Origin: an uncultured Spirochaetales bacterium | GTDB lineage: Bacteria > Spirochaetota > Spirochaetia > SZUA-6 | Length of the DNA stretch: 64,000 bases | Assembly (NCBI GenBank): GCA_964596425.1 | Contig: CAZQTC010000023.1 | Span: 648,190-712,189 of the forward strand | Direction: 5' to 3' | Shown here: piece by piece, positions 26,778 to 36,837 of the stretch | How positions within the stretch are numbered: the first letter of the stretch is position 1 | Layout: each line of letters opens with the position of its first letter | Program-made: the position numbers and the translations under genes | The notes under the pieces: model-generated | What the model saw: only the letters and a program-made list of their open reading frames with translations | Databases searched by the model: none | Told to the model about the DNA's origin: nothing

Positions 26778-29078
26778 CTATACTATAGTGGTAGATTTAA
26801 CTCTCTCACTCTCATGCTTAAGCCCAAGCTCGAGGAGCTGATTAACATCTAAAATCAACGCTACCGTACCATCACCAAGAATAGTTGCACCTGCTATGCC
26901 AGGGGTGTTTGTAAACCTATCACGCAGTGGCTTAATAACCACATCTTCCTCACCAATCAAAGAATCCACCATAAGTCCAACCTTTTTATCACCACTTCCA
27001 ACGATCACTATAAAGTAGAATTGCCGATTCTCATCCGTGGGGATTCTAAACAACCTATTCAACCTCAATAGAGAGAGTACATCTTTGCGTATATTAAAAA
27101 CCTCGTAACTATCGAGCATTTTTATCTCGGATGGCTTTATACGCAGACTCTCGATTACAGAGGTAATAGGAATAGCATAGATCTCTTCTCCTACCTTCAC
27201 GAGCAAACCTTGAATAATTGCCAATGTTAAGGGAAGTTTTATCGTAAATGTTGTACCCTTACCTTTCTCGGAAAATACCTCGACCGTCCCATTCAACTTC
27301 TCAACCTGTTTTCTTACAACATCAAGTCCTACACCTCTTCCCGATATATTGGTAATCTTTGTAGCCGTTGAAAACCCAGGCTCAAAGATAAGGTTAAACG
27401 CCTCAATATCGGTTAAACTCTTATTTGGATGTATCAAACCCCTCTCAACAGCTCGTTTCTTGACCGCCTCCACATCGATACCCTTACCATCGTCCGAGAT
27501 TTCGATAACAATCATGTTTCCTTCATTTCTCGCCTTAAGAAGAATATGACCCTCTTCCGACTTTCCAGTCTTAACCCTCTCGGTCGGGGACTCAATTCCA
27601 TGGTCAATAGAATTCCTAACACAGTGAATCAATGGATCGAGTAAATCTTCAATTACTGACTTATCAAGCTCTGTATCTTCACCCTCTATATCCAATACTA
27701 TCTTCTTCTTCAAATTTTTCGATAGATCCCTAACAAGCCTCGGAAACCTCGAAAATATCTGAGAAACGGGGACCATTCTTATTCTCATAACCCCTTCTTG
27801 AAGATCCCCTGTAATCCTACTTAAGTTTTGAGCGTTACTCCTAAATTGATTAACTGTTGCCTTTAAATTGGCTTCAAAATTATCAAATATATTAAAGAGT
27901 TCCCCGAAATTTTCTTGAAGTTCTTTCTTTATCGAGACACCGTTACGCCCATTGTTACTGGTAAACGATTCTATTCTCTCCTCTATAAAAGCGAAGAGAT
28001 CCTTTAACTTTTCTCTATACAGAACCTGGGTTTCCTGCAACTCTTGTAAATTACTAACAAATGTATTAGCAATCTGATTAAATGTAGCCTTATTAATTAC
28101 AGTTTCACTTACAAGATTTAAAAGATCATCAACTCTACTACTATCAACACGTAACACAGAACCATGGACTACAGGTTTCTTAACCTGTTTCTGTTTCTGA
28201 ACCTCTTCAACTTTTTCGGGTTTCCCAACTGCCTCTTTCTCCGGAGGTTTTTCCTCTTTCCTCTCTTCACCTTCCTTTGACTTTTCACTCTCCTCTCCCC
28301 TTGCCGTCGAGACAGGCTCCACCACAGAGGCAAGAGTTACATCGGGTATCTCGCAAATTTTCTGTATCTCCTCCGGTTTCTCCTCGGTAGCAACCCAATA
28401 CTCCACCTCGGGATAAAAATTATCCTCATAGAGTTTTTCGAATTCGGGGGTAGTTTTAACTATTCTCCCTATCTCCTTTAGCGCTGCATATACCTGAACC
28501 CCTCCAACCGTATTCATTACATAATCCGGATTAAATTTTACAGTTACCTTGTAAACCGTCGAACTTTTAGCTATCTCTTCTATCTCTAACTTCTCAAGCT
28601 CGCTAAGTTCTTTAAGCTCCGGTTGAGAAGTAGTTGTTTCCTCTTTCTTAGCCCTCTCGGTCTTCGTATCGGCTTTCTTCTGGTCTCCAAGCAATGATTT
28701 TAAAGCCTCGGCCGTTTCACTAATATCCTCGCTATACACCTCCCCACTCAAACGAGCTTCGAGCATTGCCTTAATTATATCAAGAGACGTCAAGAGTTGA
28801 TCCACAACCTCCGGGGTTGTACGTAAATTGCCCGAACGAAGCTCGTCCAACACATCCTCCACTATATGGGTAAACTCCGCTATTTCATTCATTTCTACCG
28901 TAGCGGCGCCTCCCTTTAGTGTATGAGCCGCCCTAAAAATTTCATCTATGGCTTCATGGTTATCAGGTTCGTTCTCCAGAAGCAAAATATTCTGTTCCAG
29001 AGTTTCCACCTGAGCCTGAGCTTCTTCGAAAAAATCCTTTAAAAGCTCTTCGTTTGCCGGATCTAAATAATCACTCAT
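26778..29078 (-). CDS. cheA: Chemotaxis histidine kinase CheA
   Basis: HPt motif HTLKGGAATVEM; HATPase G-boxes (NSIDHGIE, DDGKGID, GRGVGLDVV); C-terminal CheW-like domain. Confidence 0.9.
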   Translation of the reverse strand: MSDYLDPANEELLKDFFEEAQAQVETLEQNILLLENEPDNHEAIDEIFRAAHTLKGGAATVEMNEIAEFTHIVEDVLDELRSGNLRTTPEVVDQLLTSLDIIKAMLEARLSGEVYSEDISETAEALKSLLGDQKKADTKTERAKKEETTTSQPELKELSELEKLEIEEIAKSSTVYKVTVKFNPDYVMNTVGGVQVYAALKEIGRIVKTTPEFEKLYEDNFYPEVEYWVATEEKPEEIQKICEIPDVTLASVVEPVSTARGEESEKSKEGEERKEEKPPEKEAVGKPEKVEEVQKQKQVKKPVVHGSVLRVDSSRVDDLLNLVSETVINKATFNQIANTFVSNLQELQETQVLYREKLKDLFAFIEERIESFTSNNGRNGVSIKKELQENFGELFNIFDNFEANLKATVNQFRSNAQNLSRITGDLQEGVMRIRMVPVSQIFSRFPRLVRDLSKNLKKKIVLDIEGEDTELDKSVIEDLLDPLIHCVRNSIDHGIESPTERVKTGKSEEGHILLKARNEGNMIVIEISDDGKGIDVEAVKKRAVERGLIHPNKSLTDIEAFNLIFEPGFSTATKITNISGRGVGLDVVRKQVEKLNGTVEVFSEKGKGTTFTIKLPLTLAIIQGLLVKVGEEIYAIPITSVIESLRIKPSEIKMLDSYEVFNIRKDVLSLLRLNRLFRIPTDENRQFYFIVIVGSGDKKVGLMVDSLIGEEDVVIKPLRDRFTNTPGIAGATILGDGTVALILDVNQLLELGLKHESERVKSTTIV

Positions 29079-29203
29079 AATCGTATTAAATGATATATAA
29101 ACTACCCATTAAGTCAAGTAGAATGTATTTTTTATTGACACCCCTATTTCATAAAGCTAAGCTACCCATATACTTACCGCAAATAATTATGCCGGAGGAA
29201 AAA

Positions 29204-29911
29204 ATGGAATTTATCGTTGTTGAACACTCTCCTCAGATAAGAGAAAACCTGTGCTATATCCTACTAACACTCGGTGTAAAAGGAATCCCTGTGGCTAACA
29301 AAGATGAGGCACTAGAAATATTAAAGAACAAAGATATTAGTGGTGCAATCATTGATGTCGATAATAAAGAGGTGGAAGGACTTAAGTTAATAGAAGAAAT
29401 AAAACACAATGAAAAAACAAGAAACATTCATATAATTGTACACTCCGTACAATCTCAAAAAGAATTCGTGCTTAAAATGGTAGAAATGGGGGTTGTTGGA
29501 TACCTTCTCAAACCAATGGAAGAGGAAACAACAACGGAAAAATTAAAAAAAATTCTACAAAAATTAGAAACACATAGATTAGAAAGAAAACACATCAGAG
29601 TAAAACCAGACCCTGAAGAGATTCCAAGGCTACATTTTAGATTAACTGAGTATCCCAAACTAATTTCAGGGAAAATACTGGATATAAGCATGGGAGGAGT
29701 TGCCGTAGAATTATTCAATCCTCCACCGGAAGGGGTGCTACAGCCAAAAATGAAAATCCCCTCAATCCAATTTACACTCCTGAACAAACAAATAAATGCA
29801 GAGGGAGAAATCGTAATAGCAAGGGGGAACGTTATAGCCATAAAGTTCACAAATATACCAAGGGAGGATAGTATAAACCTTGCCAAGTATATATTCAAAC
29901 AAATATCCTGA
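29204..29911 (+). CDS. CheY-like receiver (REC) domain fused to PilZ c-di-GMP-binding domain
   Basis: GGAGG lies 7 nt upstream of the ATG at 29204. The REC-like N-terminus has FIVVEH, GAIIDVD, IIVHS and GYLLKP. The PilZ motifs are RKHIR (RxxxR) and DISMGG (DxSxGG). It is divergent from cheA. Confidence 0.65.
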   Translation: MEFIVVEHSPQIRENLCYILLTLGVKGIPVANKDEALEILKNKDISGAIIDVDNKEVEGLKLIEEIKHNEKTRNIHIIVHSVQSQKEFVLKMVEMGVVGYLLKPMEEETTTEKLKKILQKLETHRLERKHIRVKPDPEEIPRLHFRLTEYPKLISGKILDISMGGVAVELFNPPPEGVLQPKMKIPSIQFTLLNKQINAEGEIVIARGNVIAIKFTNIPREDSINLAKYIFKQIS

Positions 29912-29975
29912 CCAATTTCACAAATTTGATTTTTTTGAAATAAGAACTACAATTTTAGTGGAGGGAAAATTAAAC

Positions 29976-31148
29976 ATGAGAAAATTAAGTACGATAAGCA
30001 AATGTTCCAAATATAAAATTAGCAAATTGTTGAAAGTAAAAATTGTCATTTTCCTAGTAACGCTAACCCTTATTCCTTATAGAGTATTTTCTGCCAATGT
30101 AACGGTACCCTACTTAGAACTTATCACCAGAGGAACCGTCCAAAACGGATTGTATCAATTAACAACAAAGGGAGAAATGGATCTTGTAGTTGAAGGCGGA
30201 TACAAATTTGGAGGCAAATTAATCTTAAGCTACAATAGTGATAACCTGGAAACAAACTCATTAACGGACAGTCTCACTTTTAAAGGGGCCAGTGTAAGCA
30301 TCAAAAAACTTCTCTCTTTACCACTAAATTTCTCTTATTTCGTGGGAGAAAATGATACTTTTTGTTCAGGAAGTGATTTTACCAACATATTTGGAAGTAT
30401 TCCCATAACCTCTCAGTACTCTGGATACATATACTTCCCCGAAGGAATAATATATGATGGTATTTATACTATCTCGGGCACAGGTTTGAAATTAAAACTC
30501 ACTCCCACGAACAATTCACTTTACGCCCTCTACCTATACCAAGATTCCAACATAGTTCATACGGTTAACAATGAACAAACAGTATGGCTTGGACATTACT
30601 CAGGCGATTTCAGATTTATGCTCAATACAGAGCATATAAAATTTGAAGCCTTTGCCGGTATGACATTCCCTATCTCAAGCTACGGATACTATAGAGGTGG
30701 ACTTCTATTCTATACAGCCGATCAGGGAGTTGAATTCCTGGCGCAGGTGGGCATCCCAAGATGGGATCCTGCAACCGATCTATTCGGGATAAATTTATTC
30801 TACCTTCTATTCGAACCAAGGGTTCATATGGGATTCTTTTCAATCATACCAACCTTTTTCTGGCATCCGGAGTACTACAACCAAAAAGAAACAGGAGAGC
30901 TTGGTTCCTTCGATGTGAATGTAAATTTTCTATTTGGAAACCCCATTCAGTCACCAATAAGCGGAGGAGTCGAGAGCAATCTCTCCTTTAGTACCATAGG
31001 AAGCCAACAGTTTTTGGTTAAACTTTCCCCTTATATAGGATTTATAACTCAGGGTGTAATGTGGAAATTAAAGATAAATTTCAGACTGTGGCCTTTTTCC
31101 CTTACCAACTTTGTAGAATCATTTATCGGCATCAGGGCTGAATTTTGA
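29976..31148 (+). CDS. Hypothetical predicted outer-membrane beta-barrel protein
   Basis: GGAGGG lies 10 nt upstream of the ATG at 29976. It has a signal/TM segment, alternating hydrophobic/aromatic beta-strand-like composition, and a C-terminal aromatic residue (..RAEF). Confidence 0.45.
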   Translation: MRKLSTISKCSKYKISKLLKVKIVIFLVTLTLIPYRVFSANVTVPYLELITRGTVQNGLYQLTTKGEMDLVVEGGYKFGGKLILSYNSDNLETNSLTDSLTFKGASVSIKKLLSLPLNFSYFVGENDTFCSGSDFTNIFGSIPITSQYSGYIYFPEGIIYDGIYTISGTGLKLKLTPTNNSLYALYLYQDSNIVHTVNNEQTVWLGHYSGDFRFMLNTEHIKFEAFAGMTFPISSYGYYRGGLLFYTADQGVEFLAQVGIPRWDPATDLFGINLFYLLFEPRVHMGFFSIIPTFFWHPEYYNQKETGELGSFDVNVNFLFGNPIQSPISGGVESNLSFSTIGSQQFLVKLSPYIGFITQGVMWKLKINFRLWPFSLTNFVESFIGIRAEF

Positions 31149-31164
31149 CAAGGAGTAATAGAAA

Positions 31165-32076
31165 ATGAGCAAAAGCAAACGAAATACACTCTTATTCACA
31201 TTACTCCTCTTTTTTCTCCTTTCGTTTAGTCTATATTCGCTGGATGTTGGTATAAACTTTCGAATTGGAAATCTCGCTTTTAGGAATGACAGAACCGCCA
31301 ACGATACAACCTTTAACGGAACTAATTACTTTTATGGATTATCACTTTTCACCACAGCCTCTATCTCGGACAATTTTAGCTTTGAAAGCGGTTTCTTTAA
31401 CGATGCTATACTAAAGAATATCTCATACACAATATTCAACTACAGACAAAAATTTATCACCATAGGCGTTGGGCCATTCTTCGGTTTTTTTAACTCAACA
31501 AGCACAATTCTCAAATCCGGGATATCCACAAGCATACTCCTGGAACTTCCAGGAATTGTGTTTCTCCGATTTCGCTCCGACAGTACAATAGGGGGAAGAC
31601 TAATAGAGATTGGTGACTACATCCAGGAACGGAACAATATTTCGGCAGGTTACTACGTAAAAAATGCAATATGCTCTTTAAATCTATCCTCAAAGAAGTA
31701 CATACAAAAGGCGAGTTCCACCATAGAAACTGTCGATAGCCTTACAGAATACTCCTTTAAAACAGAAGTTTTTCAAAAAAATATGCCATACACTATAGAC
31801 ATTGCATTTGCCTACCAGACTCTAAAGAAGGAATTTATAACATCCACAACTACTACAAAACACACTCTAAACTCAATAATTCTAAAAACAAAACTTAAAT
31901 TTTTTATAGAGGAGTACTTGACACTCTACACAGATCTGGAGAGCAGCATCTATACCTTCGGCGAGGATGCACTCCTCGGGATATCCAATCCAGGCCCGGG
32001 AGGGTATCTTTTCCGATTAAATACAGGCGTTACACTTAACCTTGACAAAATCGTAAAACTCAACAGGATATTCTAA
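31165..32076 (+). CDS. Hypothetical predicted outer-membrane beta-barrel protein
   Basis: AAGGAG RBS; signal peptide MSKSKRNTLLFTLLLFFLLSFSLYS; Tyr/Phe-rich beta-like repeats; C-terminal Phe (..NRIF). Confidence 0.45.
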   Translation: MSKSKRNTLLFTLLLFFLLSFSLYSLDVGINFRIGNLAFRNDRTANDTTFNGTNYFYGLSLFTTASISDNFSFESGFFNDAILKNISYTIFNYRQKFITIGVGPFFGFFNSTSTILKSGISTSILLELPGIVFLRFRSDSTIGGRLIEIGDYIQERNNISAGYYVKNAICSLNLSSKKYIQKASSTIETVDSLTEYSFKTEVFQKNMPYTIDIAFAYQTLKKEFITSTTTTKHTLNSIILKTKLKFFIEEYLTLYTDLESSIYTFGEDALLGISNPGPGGYLFRLNTGVTLNLDKIVKLNRIF

Positions 32077-32123
32077 CCTGTCTCAAGGTTTACACCTATA
32101 ATTCGTTATCAAAAGAAATAAAA

Positions 32124-32918
32124 CTATTCCTCTCTTTTAACCGGATTTGTTAGCTTCCCCACATTTTCAATCTCTACAGTTATAGTATCACCATCTTTAA
32201 GGAACACAGGAGGAGTTCGCTTAAAACCAACCCCCTCCGGTGTACCCGTTAAAATTAGGGTACCAGGCAACAGAGTCATCTGACGAGACAAAAAGGCTAC
32301 CAATTGGAACGGATTGTTTATCAAATTTGAGGTATTCGAATTTTGCATAACCTTACCATTGAGCACACTTTTAATGCCAAGATTTGTAGGATCTATATCA
32401 GACACAATATATCTGCCAACAGGACAAAAAGTATCAAAGGATTTTGCTCTAATCCATTGAATATCTCTCTCAAATTGACAATCCCGGGCAGAAACATCGT
32501 TTGCACACACATAACCCAGTATATACTTGTTTGCTTCTCTCTCCGTTACATTTTTAGCTCGCTTACCAATTACAATACCCAATTCAGCCTCATAATCCAC
32601 ATAGTCAGGGGCCTCTTTTGGCAACAGGATATATTCACCATCACCTATGACCGAACTTGTGGCCTTCATAAAAAACTGAGGCTCTTTATTACTCTTCAAT
32701 CCCGTTTCCTCTATATGAGCTCTATAATTAAGTCCCATGGCAATAATATTAGGAGGTGAAAAGGGAACAAGAAAACGACTCACTTTGATCTCGTTCTCTG
32801 TCAAAGAGAAATCAGAAAAAATATCACCCGCAATCTCGTATTGTTTACCTTTTTCTTCGTAAAAAAATACAATTCGTGTTTCTCCGCCTTCCTCTATTAT
32901 TCCTTTACCATAGCGCAT
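32124..32918 (-). CDS. Fumarylacetoacetate hydrolase (FAH) family protein
   Basis: GLNYRAHIEE and CANDVSARD motifs typical of the FAH/HpcE/MhpD fold. Confidence 0.75.
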   Translation of the reverse strand: MRYGKGIIEEGGETRIVFFYEEKGKQYEIAGDIFSDFSLTENEIKVSRFLVPFSPPNIIAMGLNYRAHIEETGLKSNKEPQFFMKATSSVIGDGEYILLPKEAPDYVDYEAELGIVIGKRAKNVTEREANKYILGYVCANDVSARDCQFERDIQWIRAKSFDTFCPVGRYIVSDIDPTNLGIKSVLNGKVMQNSNTSNLINNPFQLVAFLSRQMTLLPGTLILTGTPEGVGFKRTPPVFLKDGDTITVEIENVGKLTNPVKREE

Positions 32919-33138
32919 ATAAAACTCTCCCTCTTTTTTCCCAAAATGCTTTTAAATCATTTTCAGACAAATAACAATTTCTAATTTGCATAGAATAAAA
33001 TTCTCAAAACCACTTGACAACTAGGGGATAATTGCCAAGATTTATATAAATTATATAAATTAATCTGATGCATAATTTATGTATACAAAGTATAGATCAT
33101 CTTATTGATTTATACCAGTAAAAACTAAGGAGGTTTTT

Positions 33139-33909
33139 ATGTTTAAAAAGGTACTAGTGCTGCTAGTAGCGTTTTTCTTCATAGGAGGAATGCTATTTGC
33201 AGAGGGAGCGAAAGAAAAAACAGCAAGCCAGAGCAAACCCCTACACATTGTTGTTGCCACAGATGCTACCTGGCCGCCCATGGAGATGGTTAACGAAAAG
33301 AAAGAGATAGTCGGCTTTGATATTGATCTCATGAAAGAGATAGCTAAAGCTGGTGGGTTTACCGTGGAGTTTAAAAATACGGCATGGGATGGTATTTTTG
33401 CCGGTCTTGCAGCTGGCAAGTATGACGCCGTTATGTCCTCCGTTACAATAACCGACGAAAGAAAGAAAAAGATGGATTTCTCTATCCCCTACATCAATGC
33501 GGGTCAGGTTCTTGTGGTAAGACAAGAAACCCAGGGGGTCTCTTCCCTAAAAGACATGATAGGTAAAACAGTAGGAGCCCAGATAGGTACAACTGGCTCC
33601 TTTGAGGTCGAAAAGGTCAAAGGGGTAAAACTAAAAACCTATGACGAAATAGGTCTTGCATTTGAGGATCTCATGAACAAGAGAATCGACGGAGTAGTCT
33701 GCGACAGACCTGTAGCGGCCAACTTTGCACTCCAGAACAAAAACTATAAGGGCCATTTAAAAATCGTAGGTAAACCGTTTACCAAAGAGGAGTATGGAAT
33801 AGCAGTAAGAAAGGGTAACAAAAAAGTTCTAGACGCGATAAACAGAGGATTAAAAAAGGTATTGGATTCAGGCATCAATCTGAAACTTGAGAAGAAATGG
33901 CTACAGTAA
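33139..33909 (+). CDS. Polar amino-acid ABC transporter substrate-binding protein
   Basis: AAGGAGG RBS, signal peptide, family-3 SBP pattern (ATDATWPPMEM...FDIDLM). Confidence 0.8.
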   Translation: MFKKVLVLLVAFFFIGGMLFAEGAKEKTASQSKPLHIVVATDATWPPMEMVNEKKEIVGFDIDLMKEIAKAGGFTVEFKNTAWDGIFAGLAAGKYDAVMSSVTITDERKKKMDFSIPYINAGQVLVVRQETQGVSSLKDMIGKTVGAQIGTTGSFEVEKVKGVKLKTYDEIGLAFEDLMNKRIDGVVCDRPVAANFALQNKNYKGHLKIVGKPFTKEEYGIAVRKGNKKVLDAINRGLKKVLDSGINLKLEKKWLQ

Positions 33910-34682
33910 AAAAAACACGAATAGAAATATCTGACGGGGCATTGATCCCGGAAAGGGAGGAGGAAGCCGTATTCTCAGCGTGGCGAATCTCCTTTTTCGG
34001 GGCACTTGCCCTTCTTATTTTGTTACCCATAGTATCGCCTGATCCATACAAACGAATCCTAGAATTTTTACCTGATGGTATAGCAAGAACATTTGAAGTT
34101 ACAGTTTTATCAATTTTCTTTGCTTTTTTTCTCGGTTTATTCACAGGACTGGGAAGAATCTCAAGAATAAAAATAATAAACAGGATTGCCACAATATATG
34201 TTGAGGTCATAAGAGGAATACCTCTATTGGTTCAAATATTTTATATCTACTATGCACTTGGAAAATTTTTGAGGATTCCTGATATAACCTCGGCGGTAGT
34301 GGCAATGGCTGTTTGCTATGGTGCCTATCTTGGAGAGATATTCAGAGCCGGTATACAATCTATTCCAAAAGGCCAGATGGAGGCAGCGTTGGCTCTGGGA
34401 ATGACGAGGAATCAAGCCATGTGGAAAATAATCCTTCCACAAACTATAAGGGTAGTACTTCCTCCCGTAGGTAATGAGTTTATCGCTCTTCTCAAGGATT
34501 CCTCCCTTGTCTCCATTCTTGCTGTTTCTGATTTACTCAGACGTGGAAGAGAATTTGCTTCAAAGACATTCTACTACTTTGAAACCTATACAATGGTAGC
34601 ACTTGTATACCTTGTTCTGACCTTATTTTTTTCAAGACTCGTAGCAATAATGGAAAAGAGGTTGAATAACTTTGAAAGATAG
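33897..34682 (+). CDS. Amino-acid ABC transporter permease (HisQ/GlnP-like)
   Basis: Polytopic; the EAA-like loop reads [16 protein letters not shown]. Confidence 0.8.
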   Translation: MATVKKTRIEISDGALIPEREEEAVFSAWRISFFGALALLILLPIVSPDPYKRILEFLPDGIARTFEVTVLSIFFAFFLGLFTGLGRISRIKIINRIATIYVEVIRGIPLLVQIFYIYYALGKFLRIPDITSAVVAMAVCYGAYLGEIFRAGIQSIPKGQMEAALALGMTRNQAMWKIILPQTIRVVLPPVGNEFIALLKDSSLVSILAVSDLLRRGREFASKTFYYFETYTMVALVYLVLTLFFSRLVAIMEKRLNNFER

Positions 34683-35403
34683 AGTAAGAGTCATAAACGC
34701 AGTTAAACACTTTAAAAACGTAACCGCTTTAAACGGTGTAAGCCTATCGGTAAAACCAGGGGAAGTCGTCTTGATTATAGGGCCATCCGGAAGTGGGAAA
34801 AGTACACTCCTGAGATGTATAAACCGTCTCGAGAGATTAAACAGCGGTCAGATATGGATAGACGAAGAAGAGGTTACAAAACCAAAGGCTGACATTAGAA
34901 AAATTCGAGAAGAAGTTGGTATGGTCTTTCAATCTTTTAACCTCTTTCCTCACCTCACAGCCCTAAAGAATATCACACTTGCCCCAATTGTAGTAAAAAA
35001 GGTACCAGAAAAAGAGGCAGTAGAAAAAGCAAAAGCCCTCCTTTCACGAGTCGGTCTCAGTGATAAAGCAAATTCATACCCCAGCCAGCTCTCTGGGGGA
35101 CAGCAACAGAGAGTTGCAATTGCTAGAGCTCTAGCAATGGACCCAAAAGTTATGTTATTTGATGAGCCAACCTCTGCATTGGATCCAGAAATGATTAAAG
35201 AGGTCTTAGATGTAATGCTTGATCTGGCAAATGATGGAATGACAATGCTTGTAGTTTCTCATGAAATGGGTTTTGCAAAGGCCGCTGCCAATAAAGTAAT
35301 ATTCATGGACAATGGTGAAGTAATAGAAACAGGCTCGCCAGAGAAACTTTTTTCCAATCCAGAAGAGGAAAGAACGAAGCGCTTTCTAGACCACATTTTG
35401 TGA
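34672..35403 (+). CDS. Amino-acid ABC transporter ATP-binding protein (GlnQ-like)
   Basis: [34 protein letters not shown]. Confidence 0.85.
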   Translation: MKDRVRVINAVKHFKNVTALNGVSLSVKPGEVVLIIGPSGSGKSTLLRCINRLERLNSGQIWIDEEEVTKPKADIRKIREEVGMVFQSFNLFPHLTALKNITLAPIVVKKVPEKEAVEKAKALLSRVGLSDKANSYPSQLSGGQQQRVAIARALAMDPKVMLFDEPTSALDPEMIKEVLDVMLDLANDGMTMLVVSHEMGFAKAAANKVIFMDNGEVIETGSPEKLFSNPEEERTKRFLDHIL

Positions 35404-35443
35404 GATCGTATTCTTCTGAGTTTATATTCTCTGACCATACAAA

Positions 35444-35469
35444 AAGAGACCCTCTGGTTAGGGTCTCTT
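35444..35469. terminator. Rho-independent terminator between convergent ABC ATPase and rpsU
   Basis: AAGAGACCC-tctggtta-GGGTCTCTT; a TTTTT run follows on the minus strand and a T-rich stretch on the plus strand. Confidence 0.55.
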
Positions 35470-35487
35470 ATATTTCTACAATCCTAC

Positions 35488-35700
35488 TTACTTCCCCTGA
35501 TTAAGCTTTCTCAATTTCTTAAGGCGCTTTCTTTCAAGGGCTTTCTTCTTTCTGTTCCTTATGGCTGAGGGTTTTTCATAAAACTCGCGCTTTTTCCACT
35601 CTCTAATTATACCCTCTTTCTCTACCTGCCGTTTAAAGCGTTTTATTGCCTTTTCAAGAAGTTCATCATCTCCCACAATTATCGAAGCTATACGAATCAC
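35488..35700 (-). CDS. rpsU: 30S ribosomal protein S21
   Basis: A 70-aa basic protein with [23 protein letters not shown]. Confidence 0.85.
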   Translation of the reverse strand: MIRIASIIVGDDELLEKAIKRFKRQVEKEGIIREWKKREFYEKPSAIRNRKKKALERKRLKKLRKLNQGK

Positions 35701-35718
35701 CTCCCTTCGAACGTTATT

Positions 35719-36837
35719 TTATGGTTTTTTAATATTATTCATAAATAAAGTTTTGTCAATCAAATTCTCTTGCAAGAAACATTTAGGATCCACTGCAACA
35801 CCCGACACCCTTATCTCCCAGTGGAGATGAGGGCCTGTAGCGAAACCGCTCATCCCAGAATATCCGATGACAGTTCCTCGTTTGACTACGTCTCCCCGTT
35901 TAACAACCAGTTTTGAAAGGTGATAGTATATGGAGAAAACTCCCGGCATATGCTCAAGCACTATGCTCTTACCCGTTATTATCCTGTCACCGGAAAAAAC
36001 TACCTCTCCATCGCCACATGCCTTAACAGGAGTCCCAACAGGAACAGCGTAGTCAATTCCATTATGTATACGCCGTTCTTTCTTTCCATCCAGGTAATCA
36101 TATTCCCGTCTCTCACCAAAAGATGAGGTAACTCTCACCGCCTTCACAGGAGGTAAAAATTTCTGAATGTAGAATACCTTCTCCCTATCAAAACTTCTTA
36201 AAATTTTAATTAATTCCCTCGTCTGTTCAAAGATCAGTGGATCTTTGCTCTCCTTTAACGCTGTCAAATGACTATTCAGAGCTAATTTCTCAAACCTGAA
36301 GTGCCTGTATTTGATTTTTAAATTGCTCACATAGAAAAAAATCCCCTTATCATTCCTGACCTTGAGGATTATCTTATAATCCCCGCTCTTAAAAAAGCTT
36401 GGAATCCCAAGCAAAATCATCCACACTTCCCCATTGCCTTTCCCAATCCGGGAAAACAACTTTTTACCAACACGAAAACCATAGGAACGCAGCAAATACT
36501 TTAAGGGTTTCCCCTCAAAGTATATCTTCAAAGAACGGAGAGTATAATCTTTCAACTCGGCAGGGGAAACTAAAAACATCTCAATTCCTTTTACACTTTT
36601 ATCAGTCTCAAAAACCACTTTTAACAATCCACCTAATTCCACCTCTCCCGCTGACTTTAAGGCAACACCTATCGAGTTTTCGTTTGTTTCTAAAATCCCT
36701 TCCTCAGAGATTTGGCCCACAAAGAAAAAATCTCTATCCCATCCATTTCTTAACGGTTTAACCTGAGCACATAACACCCCGAGGGAAAAGAAGAGAAGTA
36801 AAATCTTAAATGAGGCTTCAACAAATCTATTTATCAT
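35719..36837 (-). CDS. M23-family peptidase (LytM-like)
   Basis: HNGIDYAVPVGTPVKA and GPHLHWEIRV metal-binding motifs. Confidence 0.8.
   Translation of the reverse strand: MINRFVEASFKILLLFFSLGVLCAQVKPLRNGWDRDFFFVGQISEEGILETNENSIGVALKSAGEVELGGLLKVVFETDKSVKGIEMFLVSPAELKDYTLRSLKIYFEGKPLKYLLRSYGFRVGKKLFSRIGKGNGEVWMILLGIPSFFKSGDYKIILKVRNDKGIFFYVSNLKIKYRHFRFEKLALNSHLTALKESKDPLIFEQTRELIKILRSFDREKVFYIQKFLPPVKAVRVTSSFGERREYDYLDGKKERRIHNGIDYAVPVGTPVKACGDGEVVFSGDRIITGKSIVLEHMPGVFSIYYHLSKLVVKRGDVVKRGTVIGYSGMSGFATGPHLHWEIRVSGVAVDPKCFLQENLIDKTLFMNNIKKP

Noticed and set aside
33040-33080. Tandem TATATAAAT repeats upstream of the amino-acid ABC transporter
   Set aside because: This is a short AT-rich near-palindrome within a promoter region. 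It is too short and degenerate to call a specific operator without comparative data.
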